Origin: Actinomycetota bacterium
GTDB lineage: Bacteria; Actinomycetota; UBA4738; HRBIN12
Reading direction: 5' to 3'
Length of the DNA stretch: 64,000 nt
Assembly (NCBI GenBank): GCA_035640355.1
Contig: DASQWI010000014.1
Coordinates: 9,133 to 73,132, forward strand
Each line of letters begins with the position of its first letter. Within the stretch, counting starts at the first letter, position 1. Under the pieces are notes generated by a model. It did no database searches. It was not told where the DNA came from and saw nothing but the letters and a program-made list of their open reading frames with translations. Below, piece by piece: positions 46,660-56,273 of the stretch. The position numbers were made by a program, and so were the translations under genes.

Positions 46660-47988
46660 ATGGCCCGCCTCTTCGGCACCGACGGCGTCCGCGGAACGTT
46701 CGGGCGCGACCTCACCGTCGACCTCGCCCGAGATCTCGGTCGTGCCGCCGTGAGCGTCCTGGCGCGTCACGAGCCCCGATGTCCGGTCTTCGTGATCGGG
46801 CGGGACACCCGAGCCTCGGGGGAGCCGCTTCAAGAAGCGCTCGTCGAGGGCATCACGTCGGGCGGCGGCGACGTCCACCTCCTCGGCGTCCAGCCCACTC
46901 CGGCCATCGCGTTCCTCACGACCTCACTGAACGCGGGTGCCGGCGTGGTCATCTCCGCGTCGCACAACCCGCCAGAGGACAACGGCATCAAGTTCTTCGG
47001 CCCCAACGGATTCAAGCTCTCCGACGAGCTGGAGGACGAGATCGAGGCGAACCTCGGCTCTGAGGCTCCTCCGGTCGGACCGCCCGGCGGCGTCCTCGAC
47101 GTCCCGTCGGGTGCCCCCGACTACGTCGACCACGTGGTCGGAACGGCGTTGGCACGCCTCGACGGCATGCGCGTCGTGGTCGATTGCGCCAACGGCGCAG
47201 CATCGAACGTCGCTCCCCAAGCCTTCCGTCGCCTCGGCGCGGAGGTCTACCCGATCTTCGCCCAACCGGACGGTTCGAACATCAACGTCGCGTGTGGAGC
47301 CCTCCATCCGGAAGTCGTCGCCGAAGCAGTCGGGGTTGAAGGCGCGCACGTCGGCGTCGCGCACGACGGCGATGCCGACAGGGCGTTGTTCTCCGACGCG
47401 AACGGAAACGTCGTCGACGGCGACCAGGTCCTCGCAGCGTGCGCCGTGGAGATGAAGAGGGATGGGGAGCTCGACGGCAACCTCGTGGTCTCGACGGTGA
47501 TGGCGAACACCGGCTTCAGCCGGGCGATGGAGCAGTTTGGCATCCGCGTGATCCTCGCGCCGGTGGGCGACCGGTACGTGCTCGAGCAGATGCTGGAGCA
47601 CGGCGCCGTCCTCGGCGGCGAGCAATCGGGGCACGTGATCTTCCGGCACCACGCGACGACCGGTGACGGGCTCATCACGGCGGTGCGGTTCCTCTCGCTG
47701 GCCAAGCGGAACGACGTGACCGTCGCGGAGCTGGCGTCGTCGATGCGTCGATTCCCGCAGGTGACGATCAACGTCGAGGTGGCGGCGAAAGACCGGCTCG
47801 AGGATGCCGCAGACGTGTGGGATGCAGTGAAGGCGGTCGAAGCCGCGCTCGACGGAACCGGGCGCGTGCTCGTTCGCTCGTCCGGCACCGAGCCATTGGT
47901 GCGTGTGATGGTCGAAGCCGAGTCCGAACAGGACGCTCGTCGGCACGCCGACGCGATCGCCGAGCGCGTCCGCTCGGCGCTCGGCTAG
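46660..47988 (+). CDS. glmM: Phosphoglucosamine mutase
   Basis: ATG 46660 (MARLFGTDGVRGTFG...). Active-site SASHNP. Confidence 0.9.
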   Translation: MARLFGTDGVRGTFGRDLTVDLARDLGRAAVSVLARHEPRCPVFVIGRDTRASGEPLQEALVEGITSGGGDVHLLGVQPTPAIAFLTTSLNAGAGVVISASHNPPEDNGIKFFGPNGFKLSDELEDEIEANLGSEAPPVGPPGGVLDVPSGAPDYVDHVVGTALARLDGMRVVVDCANGAASNVAPQAFRRLGAEVYPIFAQPDGSNINVACGALHPEVVAEAVGVEGAHVGVAHDGDADRALFSDANGNVVDGDQVLAACAVEMKRDGELDGNLVVSTVMANTGFSRAMEQFGIRVILAPVGDRYVLEQMLEHGAVLGGEQSGHVIFRHHATTGDGLITAVRFLSLAKRNDVTVAELASSMRRFPQVTINVEVAAKDRLEDAADVWDAVKAVEAALDGTGRVLVRSSGTEPLVRVMVEAESEQDARRHADAIAERVRSALG

Positions 47989-48038
47989 TCCTTTCGGCGG
48001 AGGCTCTCACGCGATCCCGTTGATAGGCTGCCGTTTCC

Positions 48039-49862
48039 ATGTGCGGCATCGTGGGCTATGTCGGCCCCGACCGAGCGCTCCCGATCATCCTCGAGGGTCT
48101 CAGGCGCCTCGAGTACCGGGGGTACGACTCGTCGGGCGTCGCGCTTCTCGACGGCGACCTCACCGTGGTGAAGCGCGCCGGCAAGCTTTCCGAGCTCGAC
48201 GCTGCGCTCGACGATCGCCGGGCGCCGAGCGGCACCGTGGGCATCGGGCACACCCGCTGGGCGACGCACGGAGCACCGACGAACGTGAACGCGCACCCGC
48301 ACACCGATTGCGACGGCCGCATCGCGGTGATCCACAACGGCATCGTCGAGAACCACGCCGAGCTCCGTGCGGGCCTCGAGAAGCGCGGTCACGAGATGCG
48401 TTCGGACACCGACACGGAGGTCGTCGCGCACATGCTCGAGGAGCGTTCGGGCTCGCTTCCCGACCGCGTGCGGGGGGTCATTCGAGAGCTCGAGGGGGCG
48501 TTCGCGCTCGTCGTCGTCTCGGCCCACGATCCCGACGTGATCGTCGGTGTGAAGGTGTCGTCCCCGCTCGTGGTCGGTCTCGGGGAGCGCGAAAACGTGC
48601 TCGCCTCGGACATCCCGGCGGTGCTCGAACGAACCCGTCGCGTCCTTCCGATCGACGAACGACGTGTGGTCGAGGTTCGCGCCGACGCGATTCGAGTGAC
48701 CGACTTCGGCGGCACCGAGGTGGCGGTGGAGCCGTTCGAGGTCGACTGGGACGTCGTACGTGCGCAGAAGGGCGGTTACGACGACTTCATGCGCAAGGAG
48801 ATCGACGAGCAACCCGCGGCCATCCGCGACACGCTCGTGGGGCGTCTGAACGAACGCGGGCTGCTCTCGCTCGACGAGCTTCACATCGACGAGGACGTCC
48901 TGCGCGACGTGGACAAGGTCTTCGTCGTCGCGTGTGGGACGGCGTACCACTCGGGGCTCGTCGCGAAGTACGCGATCGAGCACTGGACCAGGTTGCCGGT
49001 CGAGATCGACATCGCGTCGGAGTTCCGGTACCGCGACCCCGTGCTCGGGCCCGACACGCTGACGCTCGCGGTGAGTCAGTCGGGGGAGACCATCGACACG
49101 CTCGAGGCGGCGCGGCACGCCGCCCGGCAGCGTTCGCGCGTGCTCGCCGTGACGAACACCGTCGGATCCTCGCTGGCTCGTGAGGCCGACGCCGTGATGT
49201 ACACACACGCCGGGCCGGAGATCGGCGTCGCCGCGACCAAGACGTTCGCCACGCAGATGGTTGCGCTGCAGCTCGTCGCGCTGTACCTGGCGCAGGTGCG
49301 CGGTCCCATGTTTCCCGAGGAGATCGCCGAGGTCGTCGGGGGTCTGCGCGCGCTTCCAGACCAGGTGCGGCGAACGCTTGCGCTCGACGAGCAGGTCCGC
49401 GCGATCGCCGAGGAGATCCACCGGGCGCGCGACGTCCTGTTCATCGGTCGCCACACCGGGTTCCCAGCAGCGCTCGAGGGCGCACTGAAGCTGAAAGAGA
49501 TCAGTTACCTCCACGCAGAGGGCTACCCCGCGGGAGAGCTGAAGCACGGGCCGATCGCGCTGATCGAGGAGGGGGTGCCGGTCGTGGCTGTGGCGACGGA
49601 ATGCCACGTCTACCCCAAGATGCTCTCGAACATCCAGGAGGTCCGCGCGCGCGGCGCGAACGTGATCGCTGTGGGGAGCGAGGGGGACCAGGAGATCTCG
49701 GCGCACGCGAAGCACGTGCTCTTCGTTCCGCGAGTGCCGGAGCTGTTCGCGCCCGTAGTGGTGACGCCGCCGCTCCAGCTCCTCGCGTACCACGTCGCCA
49801 AGGTCCGCGGCTGCAACGTCGACCAACCGAGGAACCTCGCCAAGAGTGTGACCGTCGAGTAG
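48039..49862 (+). CDS. glmS: Glutamine--fructose-6-phosphate aminotransferase
   Basis: MCGIVGY N-terminal nucleophile. 607 aa with two SIS domains. Confidence 0.95.
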   Translation: MCGIVGYVGPDRALPIILEGLRRLEYRGYDSSGVALLDGDLTVVKRAGKLSELDAALDDRRAPSGTVGIGHTRWATHGAPTNVNAHPHTDCDGRIAVIHNGIVENHAELRAGLEKRGHEMRSDTDTEVVAHMLEERSGSLPDRVRGVIRELEGAFALVVVSAHDPDVIVGVKVSSPLVVGLGERENVLASDIPAVLERTRRVLPIDERRVVEVRADAIRVTDFGGTEVAVEPFEVDWDVVRAQKGGYDDFMRKEIDEQPAAIRDTLVGRLNERGLLSLDELHIDEDVLRDVDKVFVVACGTAYHSGLVAKYAIEHWTRLPVEIDIASEFRYRDPVLGPDTLTLAVSQSGETIDTLEAARHAARQRSRVLAVTNTVGSSLAREADAVMYTHAGPEIGVAATKTFATQMVALQLVALYLAQVRGPMFPEEIAEVVGGLRALPDQVRRTLALDEQVRAIAEEIHRARDVLFIGRHTGFPAALEGALKLKEISYLHAEGYPAGELKHGPIALIEEGVPVVAVATECHVYPKMLSNIQEVRARGANVIAVGSEGDQEISAHAKHVLFVPRVPELFAPVVVTPPLQLLAYHVAKVRGCNVDQPRNLAKSVTVE

Positions 49863-49931
49863 GCAACCCCGCCAACGTACGAAGGAAACAGAGCAGACGG
49901 AGCCGTGGGCGATCGCCGCGGGTGGTTTGGC

Positions 49932-50180
49932 TTAGCTCGTTGGAGTGATCCGCTCGGCAAGAACGCCGAAGAACAGTCCAGCTAGGGTGGCAATGAGCGC
50001 GACCCAGCCGGGGTTCTTGGCCACGGCTTCAAACTCGTGCCAACCGCTTTCCGGCACGGTGAGGCTCCAAATGAGGAAGGCGACGACCGCGAGGAGCGCC
50101 CTGCCCCATACCGCACCAGTGACTTGCTTACGAGCGACCCAAGCAGCGAAGGGGACGTACACGAGGGTTACGACGGCCAT
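49932..50180 (-). CDS. Small hydrophobic membrane protein (about 82 aa, roughly 3 TM), hypothetical
   Basis: MAVVTLVYVPFAAWVARKQ...LIATLAGLFFGVLAE. Lies in the lower-GC island. The listed ORF extends to 50273. Confidence 0.4.
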   Translation of the reverse strand: MAVVTLVYVPFAAWVARKQVTGAVWGRALLAVVAFLIWSLTVPESGWHEFEAVAKNPGWVALIATLAGLFFGVLAERITPTS

Positions 50181-50368
50181 GACTCCGAGCCACACCACAT
50201 TCGGTTCATTGCTCTGGGTAAGTAGGACGTCACGCCGGCGACGTAGATGACGAGAACATCTCCGGGTATCCACACCGTGATCTTGTCGATGTAGCGCTTC
50301 AGCGTGTTGCCTGCCTCACGCGCGTGAGCTACCTCGTCAGAGCCGGCCCCAATCCGCCATGCGCTCAT
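50168..50368 (-). CDS. Small membrane protein (66 aa, 1 TM), hypothetical. Overlaps the downstream gene start by about 11 nt.
   Basis: ATG 50368. ...ITVWIPGDVLVIYVAGVTSYL... An alternative reading is a single frameshifted gene spanning 49932..50368. Confidence 0.35.
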   Translation of the reverse strand: MSAWRIGAGSDEVAHAREAGNTLKRYIDKITVWIPGDVLVIYVAGVTSYLPRAMNRMWCGSESWPS

Positions 50369-50559
50369 TCCCTCTCCCCCTCGAGGCCATGAAGCTTGGC
50401 CTGACGATCGTAGGTGCTATATCGGAGGCAGCGCAAGCGCTCTTCATGTCCTCGACCCCTGTCGTGGTGAGAGCGTCGAGCCCCCCGTGGTACGTTCGGC
50501 GATGGGTCGTCCTGTCGCGAATTCGGAGATTTGCGAGAACGAGGGAGCCTTGACCGACC

Positions 50560-50973
50560 ATGGCGCTCACCTATGAATCGGTAACGAGTGAGATCCTCAA
50601 GGCCCTTCCCCACAAGGGCGGGGCGATTGAACTCAAGCACAAGGCACCTGAAGTCACATTCTTGGGTGCAGGTCAACAGCCCGATTTTGCCACGCTTTAC
50701 GTCACGTTCTACCCAACGGATAAGGTCATCGAACTGAAGTCGTTGAAGCAGTATCTCTACCAATTCCGCGATGTCGTCATCTCGTACGAGCGCTTTCTCG
50801 ATGTGGTGTTCGAACACATGTTGGAGGTCTATCAGCCGGCCCGTCTCAGACTCGTGCTCATCACACAGCCACGAGGCGGCATCAGCTCGAAACTCACCAT
50901 CGAAAGCGATTGGGCGATTCGAGGTGGCAAGGAGGAATTTCGCGACTGGGTGGGCATGGAGGACGTCTGGTGA
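50560..50973 (+). CDS. QueF-family (NADPH-dependent 7-cyano-7-deazaguanine reductase-like) T-fold protein lacking the catalytic cysteine
   Basis: QueF motifs GAGQQPDFA, IELKSLKQYL and QPRGGIS. The protein contains no Cys at all. Coding region is about 52-55% GC versus about 70% in flanking genes. Confidence 0.6.
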   Translation: MALTYESVTSEILKALPHKGGAIELKHKAPEVTFLGAGQQPDFATLYVTFYPTDKVIELKSLKQYLYQFRDVVISYERFLDVVFEHMLEVYQPARLRLVLITQPRGGISSKLTIESDWAIRGGKEEFRDWVGMEDVW

Positions 50974-51132
50974 TGTAGATCCGGGCGACGTCTCGTCGGC
51001 CCACCTCTTCATCACTCCTGATCCGCGCCTCGTTGATTCAGCTGCCGGGAGGAATCGAGCATCAGATCATCGGCTGTTACCCGGAGGGCGAATCTCTCCC
51101 CGGCCCAGCGTTCACGAGGCTACCCTTATGCC

Positions 51133-51507
51133 GTGGAAATCCTTGGGCTCGGCGTCGACATCTGCGAGATCGAACGGATGGAGCGCGCACTCGACCGACA
51201 CCCCACGATGCGGGAGCGGGTGTTCACGCCGGAAGAGATCGCGTACTGCGACTCGAAGGCTCGGCCGGCCGAGTCCTACGCCGGGCGATTCGCCGCGCGA
51301 GAGGCCACGGTCAAGGCGCTCGGCGGGTATCGCCGACGCGGGTGGCAGGACGTCAGCGTCACGCGCGGACCCGCGGGTGCGCCGGCGGTTCGCCTGCAGG
51401 GCAACGCGAAGCGGCGTGCCGACGAACTGGGCGTCGCGCGGGTGCTGATCACGTTCACGCACGAGCGAACGAACGCCGTTGCGTTCGCCGTCGCTGTGAG
51501 CGAGTGA
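51133..51507 (+). CDS. acpS: Holo-[acyl-carrier-protein] synthase
   Basis: GTG start. GLGVDICEIERM... 4'-phosphopantetheinyl transferase fold. Confidence 0.85.
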   Translation: MEILGLGVDICEIERMERALDRHPTMRERVFTPEEIAYCDSKARPAESYAGRFAAREATVKALGGYRRRGWQDVSVTRGPAGAPAVRLQGNAKRRADELGVARVLITFTHERTNAVAFAVAVSE

Positions 51508-51520
51508 CGGAGATGATCGT

Positions 51521-53047
51521 GTGAAGCCGATTCTGATGCCTGCGGAGGCGGCCGAGCTCGACCGGGCCTCACAGGAGCGCGGCATCTCCGTCGAGACCCT
51601 GATGGAGAACGCGGGGCGGGCGGTCGCCGAGGCCGGGGTTCGACTCGCCGGTGGTCGCTACGGGAAGCGCGCCGTCGTCGTGTGCGGCAAGGGGAACAAC
51701 GGCGGCGATGGTCTGGTCGCGGCGCGCTACCTCGACGCGTGGGGGTCGCGGGTGACCGTGCTCCTGCTCGACCGTCGTGACGCGTTCCGCGAGCCCGCGG
51801 CGACGAACCTTACGCGACTCGAACGGTCGAACGTACGCGTTCGTCCGTGGTCGAGCGAAACGCTTGCGCGAGAGCTCGCGCGGGTCGACGTTGCGATCGA
51901 CGCGATCTTCGGTACCGGCTTTCGTGGCGCTCCGGAGGGCGTCTCCGAGAGCGCGATCGAGGCGCTGGCGAACGCCGACGTGCCGGTCGTCGCCGTCGAC
52001 ATCCCATCAGGTGTGAACGGCGAGACCGGCGCGGTCGACGGCCCTGCGGTCGACGCTGACATCACCGTCACGTTCGGCACGGCCAAGCCCGGTTGCGTGC
52101 TGTTGCCGGGAGCCGAGCGCGCCGGCGTCGTGGAGGTTGCCGACATCGGGTTCCCGGACGACCTCGTACACGGCGATGTCTGGCTCGTCGAGGACACAGA
52201 CATCGCCGTTTGGCTCCCCGCGCGCCAGGCCGAAACGCACAAGCGCTCAGCGGGCTATGCGGTCGTGATCGGCGGGTCGCGAGCCATGACAGGCGCCGTC
52301 GGCCTGATGGCTCGCGCGGCGTATCGAGCCGGCGCGGGTCTCGTCGCGGCCGCGGTGCCCGACGCGATCCTTTCCGTCGTCCAGACGATGGTGCGCGAGG
52401 CCGTCTTCGTACCGCTACCAGAGACCGACGCCGGGACGGTCGCGAACGGATCGGAACGACTGATCGAGGTGCTCGGTGAGGCCGACGCCGTCGCGCTCGG
52501 TCCGGGCATGACGACGGACGAGCGTACGTCGGCGTGGATCCGTGATTTCGTGCGTTCGGTCGACATCCCCGTCGTCCTCGATGCCGACGGGCTGAACGCG
52601 TTCGCCGGCCGCGCCGCAGAGCTCGCCAACCGCCACGCCGATCTCGTCCTCACGCCGCATGCCGGTGAGTTCGAGCGCCTCGCGAGCGTGGATACCGGCG
52701 ACGTCGGATCGGATCGGATCGGTCACGTTCGCAAGCTCGCTGCGGAGACGGGGGCTGTCGTTCTCCTCAAGGGCAGTCGAACGCTGGTCGCGTCGCCCGA
52801 CGGCTCCGTCCGGATCAACCCGACCGGGGGGTCGTTCCTCGCCACGGGTGGAACGGGCGACGTTCTCACCGGGATGATCGCCGGACTGCTGGCACGCGGC
52901 ATCGCGCCCGCCGATGCGGCGTCGGCGGCGGCGTACGTTCACGGAGTGGCAGGCGCGGACGCTGGCGAAGAGCTCGGTGTCGGAACGACCGCGGGCGACG
53001 TCCTTGATCGAGTGGCCCACGCCTTCGCCGAGGTAGCAGGCGAGTGA
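51521..53047 (+). CDS. nnr: Bifunctional NAD(P)H-hydrate repair enzyme (epimerase + ADP-dependent dehydratase)
   Basis: YjeF-N motif VVCGKGNNGGDGLVAARYL. C-terminal carbohydrate-kinase motif ATGGTGDVLTG. Confidence 0.85.
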   Translation: MKPILMPAEAAELDRASQERGISVETLMENAGRAVAEAGVRLAGGRYGKRAVVVCGKGNNGGDGLVAARYLDAWGSRVTVLLLDRRDAFREPAATNLTRLERSNVRVRPWSSETLARELARVDVAIDAIFGTGFRGAPEGVSESAIEALANADVPVVAVDIPSGVNGETGAVDGPAVDADITVTFGTAKPGCVLLPGAERAGVVEVADIGFPDDLVHGDVWLVEDTDIAVWLPARQAETHKRSAGYAVVIGGSRAMTGAVGLMARAAYRAGAGLVAAAVPDAILSVVQTMVREAVFVPLPETDAGTVANGSERLIEVLGEADAVALGPGMTTDERTSAWIRDFVRSVDIPVVLDADGLNAFAGRAAELANRHADLVLTPHAGEFERLASVDTGDVGSDRIGHVRKLAAETGAVVLLKGSRTLVASPDGSVRINPTGGSFLATGGTGDVLTGMIAGLLARGIAPADAASAAAYVHGVAGADAGEELGVGTTAGDVLDRVAHAFAEVAGE

Positions 53048-53072
53048 CGCGCCGATCGAGAGCGAACTCCGC

Positions 53073-54227
53073 GTGACGCGGTTCCGACCGACCGTCGTCG
53101 AGGTCGACCTCGACGCCGTGCGCCACAACGTGCGCTCACTCAAACCCGAACGCGCCGAGCTGCTCGCCGTGGTCAAGGCCGACGGGTACGGCCACGGCGC
53201 TGCGGAGGTCGCGCGGGCGGCGCTCTCGGCCGGCGCGACCCGCCTCGGCGTCGCCCTCGTGGAGGAGGGGATCGCGCTGCGGGATCGAGGGATCGATGCG
53301 CCGATCCTCGTCCTGACCGAGCCGCCCCGAGGTTCGGAGAAGGACGCCCTCGCCGCGGGGCTCACGCCGACGGTGTACTCGCCGGAGTGCGTCGCCTCGG
53401 TGTCCGAGGCGGCGGATGCGCTCGCGCGACGCGTCGGCGTTCATCTGAAGGTCGACACGGGGATGCACCGCGTCGGCGTGTGGCCGCGGGCGGCCGCCAC
53501 CGACGTCGCACGGCAGATCGTCGATTCAGGGCTCGAGCTCGAGGGGCTGTGGACCCACTTCGCCGCGGCAGAGGAGGACGAGGAGGGCACGCGCGACCAG
53601 CTGCGGGCGTTCCTGGAGACCGGCGACGCGCTCGCTGCCGCGGGTCTTCACGCTCGAACGCTGCACGCCGCGAACAGCGCGGCGACGATCCTGTTCCCCG
53701 AGGCGCATCTCGACGTCGTTCGACCCGGCGCCGCGATCTATGGTCTCGACCCGGGTGGCGGGATCGGACCGGCGTTCGGCCTGCGACCGGCGCTCAGGTG
53801 GCGTTCGGCGGTGTCGATGGTGAAACGCCTCGACGCCGGCGAGCGCGTCTCGTACGGATGGCGATACGCGTTCGAACGGCCTTCGAACGTGGCGACGGTA
53901 CCGGTCGGGTACGCCGACGGGTACCGGCGGGGGCTCTCGTCGAAGGCCGACGTGCTCATCGCCGGAAAACGCCACCGCGTCGCCGGCACCGTGACGATGG
54001 ACCAGATCGTCGTCGATTGCGGGGACGACCACATCGCCGCGGGGGACGAGGTCGTGCTCGTCGGTGCGCAGGGCGACGAGCGCATTACGGCGGAGGAGCT
54101 CGGGGCGCATGTCGGAACGATCGGCTACGAGATCGTCGCCGCGATCGGGGAGCGCGTCCCTCGCGTGCATGTCGGTGAACAGCCCGAGCAACGGGCGAGG
54201 CATCCGATGTCGCGTCCCGGCGCATGA
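53073..54227 (+). CDS. alr: Alanine racemase
   Basis: PLP-Lys motif AVVKADGYGHG. 384 aa. Confidence 0.9.
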   Translation: MTRFRPTVVEVDLDAVRHNVRSLKPERAELLAVVKADGYGHGAAEVARAALSAGATRLGVALVEEGIALRDRGIDAPILVLTEPPRGSEKDALAAGLTPTVYSPECVASVSEAADALARRVGVHLKVDTGMHRVGVWPRAAATDVARQIVDSGLELEGLWTHFAAAEEDEEGTRDQLRAFLETGDALAAAGLHARTLHAANSAATILFPEAHLDVVRPGAAIYGLDPGGGIGPAFGLRPALRWRSAVSMVKRLDAGERVSYGWRYAFERPSNVATVPVGYADGYRRGLSSKADVLIAGKRHRVAGTVTMDQIVVDCGDDHIAAGDEVVLVGAQGDERITAEELGAHVGTIGYEIVAAIGERVPRVHVGEQPEQRARHPMSRPGA

Positions 54228-55126
54228 TCACGCGCGTCGACGGCATCCGCGTCGGGCATCACACCGATCGAACCGGCATCACCGGCTCCACCGTCGTGCT
54301 CTGCCCTCCCGGCACCTCCGGCTCGTGCGACGTCAAGGGTGGAGCACCGGGCACGCGCGAGACGGACGCGATCCGGCCCGGGACCATCACGCCGGAGGTC
54401 CACGCGGTGGTCCTCTCGGGCGGCAGCGCGTTCGGTCTCGCCGCCGCGGACGGCGTCATGAGATGGCTCGAGGAGCACGGCGTCGGGTTCGACACCGGGC
54501 TCGCCCGCGTTCCGATCGTCCCGGCCGCGATCCTGTTCGACCTGGCGGTCGGGGACCCCACCGCGCGACCGGACTCGGCGTCCGGCTACGCCGCCTGCGG
54601 CGCAGCGACCGGCGGCGACGTCGAGGAGGGGAGCGTCGGTGCTGGAACGGGGGCGACCGTGGCGAAGCATCCCGACCCCTCGGCCGGGTGGAAGGGTGGC
54701 GTCGGCACGGCCGCCGTCGAGGACGGAGAGGTCATCGTCGCCGCGCTCGCCGTCGTGAACGGCCTCGGCGACATCACGGAGGACGACGGGACGCCCATAG
54801 CCGCGAACCGCAACCCCGAGGCTGAGCCGGCCGAATGGCCTGGCAGGAACACGACACTCGCCGTCGTGGCGACCAACGCCACGTGCTCGAAGGAGCGCGC
54901 GCAGCTCCTCGCGCAGGCCGGATCCGAGGGGATCTCGTTGGCGGTTCGGCCGTCGCATACCATGTACGACGGCGACGTCGTGTTCGCGCTTGCCACCGGG
55001 GCGACCGAGGCGCCGCAGCCCACGCTTGAGCGCCTGGCGGTGCAGGCGGTCGCCGAGTCGATCAGGCGCGCGGTTCGGATGGCCGAGCCGCTCGGAGGCT
55101 TCCCCGCGGTCGGAACGCTCGACTGA
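54224..55126 (+). CDS. Peptidase S58 / DmpA-like L-aminopeptidase D-Ala-esterase/amidase family protein
   Basis: ATGA overlap with alr. GHHTDRTGITGSTVVL, GGSAFGL and autoproteolytic-family features. Confidence 0.65.
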   Translation: MITRVDGIRVGHHTDRTGITGSTVVLCPPGTSGSCDVKGGAPGTRETDAIRPGTITPEVHAVVLSGGSAFGLAAADGVMRWLEEHGVGFDTGLARVPIVPAAILFDLAVGDPTARPDSASGYAACGAATGGDVEEGSVGAGTGATVAKHPDPSAGWKGGVGTAAVEDGEVIVAALAVVNGLGDITEDDGTPIAANRNPEAEPAEWPGRNTTLAVVATNATCSKERAQLLAQAGSEGISLAVRPSHTMYDGDVVFALATGATEAPQPTLERLAVQAVAESIRRAVRMAEPLGGFPAVGTLD

Positions 55127-55142
55127 ACGGAGGGGGGCCGAC

Positions 55143-55751
55143 GTGGAGACCAGGACACGAACGCTCGAGGACGCGGCGCGCGAGGCCTCGACCTGCACCA
55201 GATGCCGGCTCGCGCAGGGCCGAACTCAGGTCGTGTACGGCATCGGCAACCCGAACGCCGACCTCATGTTCATCGGAGAGGCGCCCGGGTTCCACGAGGA
55301 CAAGCAGGGTGAGCCGTTCGTCGGAGCGGCCGGTCAGCTGCTCAACACGTTGCTCGCCGAGAGCGGCATCCGGCGCGAGGACGTGTACATCAACAACGTG
55401 ATCCTCTGCAGGCCGCCCGGCAACCGCGATCCACTCCCGGACGAGCTCGAGGCCTGCAAGCCGTGGCTCGACGAACGGATCGCGCTCGTCGATCCGGCAG
55501 TCATCGTGACGCTTGGCAACTGGGCGACCCGCTACATCCTCGGGCAGAGCGTCTCGATCAGCCGTGTTCGGGGCCAGCGGTTCCCCTGGAACGGCCGGCT
55601 GGTCATCCCAACGTTCCATCCCGCCGCGATCCTCCGCGGTGGTGGGCAGACCTCTCGTCAGATGGCGGACGTCCGCTCCGATTTCCAGGAGATGCGCCGG
55701 GCGCTCGACGAGCGACCGCAGCCAAGCGAGGAGCAGCTCGGCCTGTTCTGA
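55143..55751 (+). CDS. Uracil-DNA glycosylase family 4 (4Fe-4S)
   Basis: GTG 55143 after a GGAGGGGGG RBS. CTRCRL...[21 protein letters not shown]...[10 protein letters not shown]. Confidence 0.8.
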   Translation: METRTRTLEDAAREASTCTRCRLAQGRTQVVYGIGNPNADLMFIGEAPGFHEDKQGEPFVGAAGQLLNTLLAESGIRREDVYINNVILCRPPGNRDPLPDELEACKPWLDERIALVDPAVIVTLGNWATRYILGQSVSISRVRGQRFPWNGRLVIPTFHPAAILRGGGQTSRQMADVRSDFQEMRRALDERPQPSEEQLGLF

Positions 55752-56239
55752 TGCATCTCGAGCTCACTTCCCCGACCGCCGAGGATACCCGCGCGATCGG
55801 CGCTGCGTTCGCGCCGCTGCTTCGCGCGGGGGACGTCATCGCGCTCACAGGCGAGCTCGGAGCGGGGAAGACGACCTTGGTTCAGGGCATCGCGGCGGCG
55901 CTCGGATACGACGGAGCGGTGACGTCGCCCACGTTCACGCTCGTTCGGGAGTACCGCACTCCGACGCTCACGCTCGTCCATGCCGACGTCTACCGACTCG
56001 ACCGCGTTCAGGACGCACTCGACCTGGGCCTCGACGAAACGGCCGAGGATGGCGTGCTCCTCGTCGAGTGGGGCGACGCCGTCGACGCGCTGCTTCCGGG
56101 TGATCGGCTGGTGGTCGAGCTCTCCATCCCCGGCGAGGACGAAGTCCGAAGGATCGCCCTCCGCTCGGAGGGAACAGCGTGGCAGACGCGATGGGAGCGG
56201 CTCGAGCAGGCTGTCGATAGCTGGCGGGAGGCCGCGTGA
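55751..56239 (+). CDS. tsaE: tRNA threonylcarbamoyladenosine biosynthesis protein TsaE
   Basis: TGATG overlap with the UDG gene. P-loop GELGAGKTT. Confidence 0.85.
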   Translation: MHLELTSPTAEDTRAIGAAFAPLLRAGDVIALTGELGAGKTTLVQGIAAALGYDGAVTSPTFTLVREYRTPTLTLVHADVYRLDRVQDALDLGLDETAEDGVLLVEWGDAVDALLPGDRLVVELSIPGEDEVRRIALRSEGTAWQTRWERLEQAVDSWREAA

Positions 56240-56273
56240 GTGGCCGGCTGGGGACGGGCAAGCGGAGGGCAGC

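Noticed and set aside
47989-48038. Possible glmS ribozyme upstream of glmS
   Set aside because: Only about 50 nt of leader is available and nothing resembles the glmS ribozyme core. The ribozyme is not expected in Actinobacteria.
50365-51015. 216-aa minus-strand ORF overlapping the QueF-like gene
   Set aside because: The plus-strand frame carries clear QueF family motifs. The minus-strand product is Arg/His-rich with no domain features.
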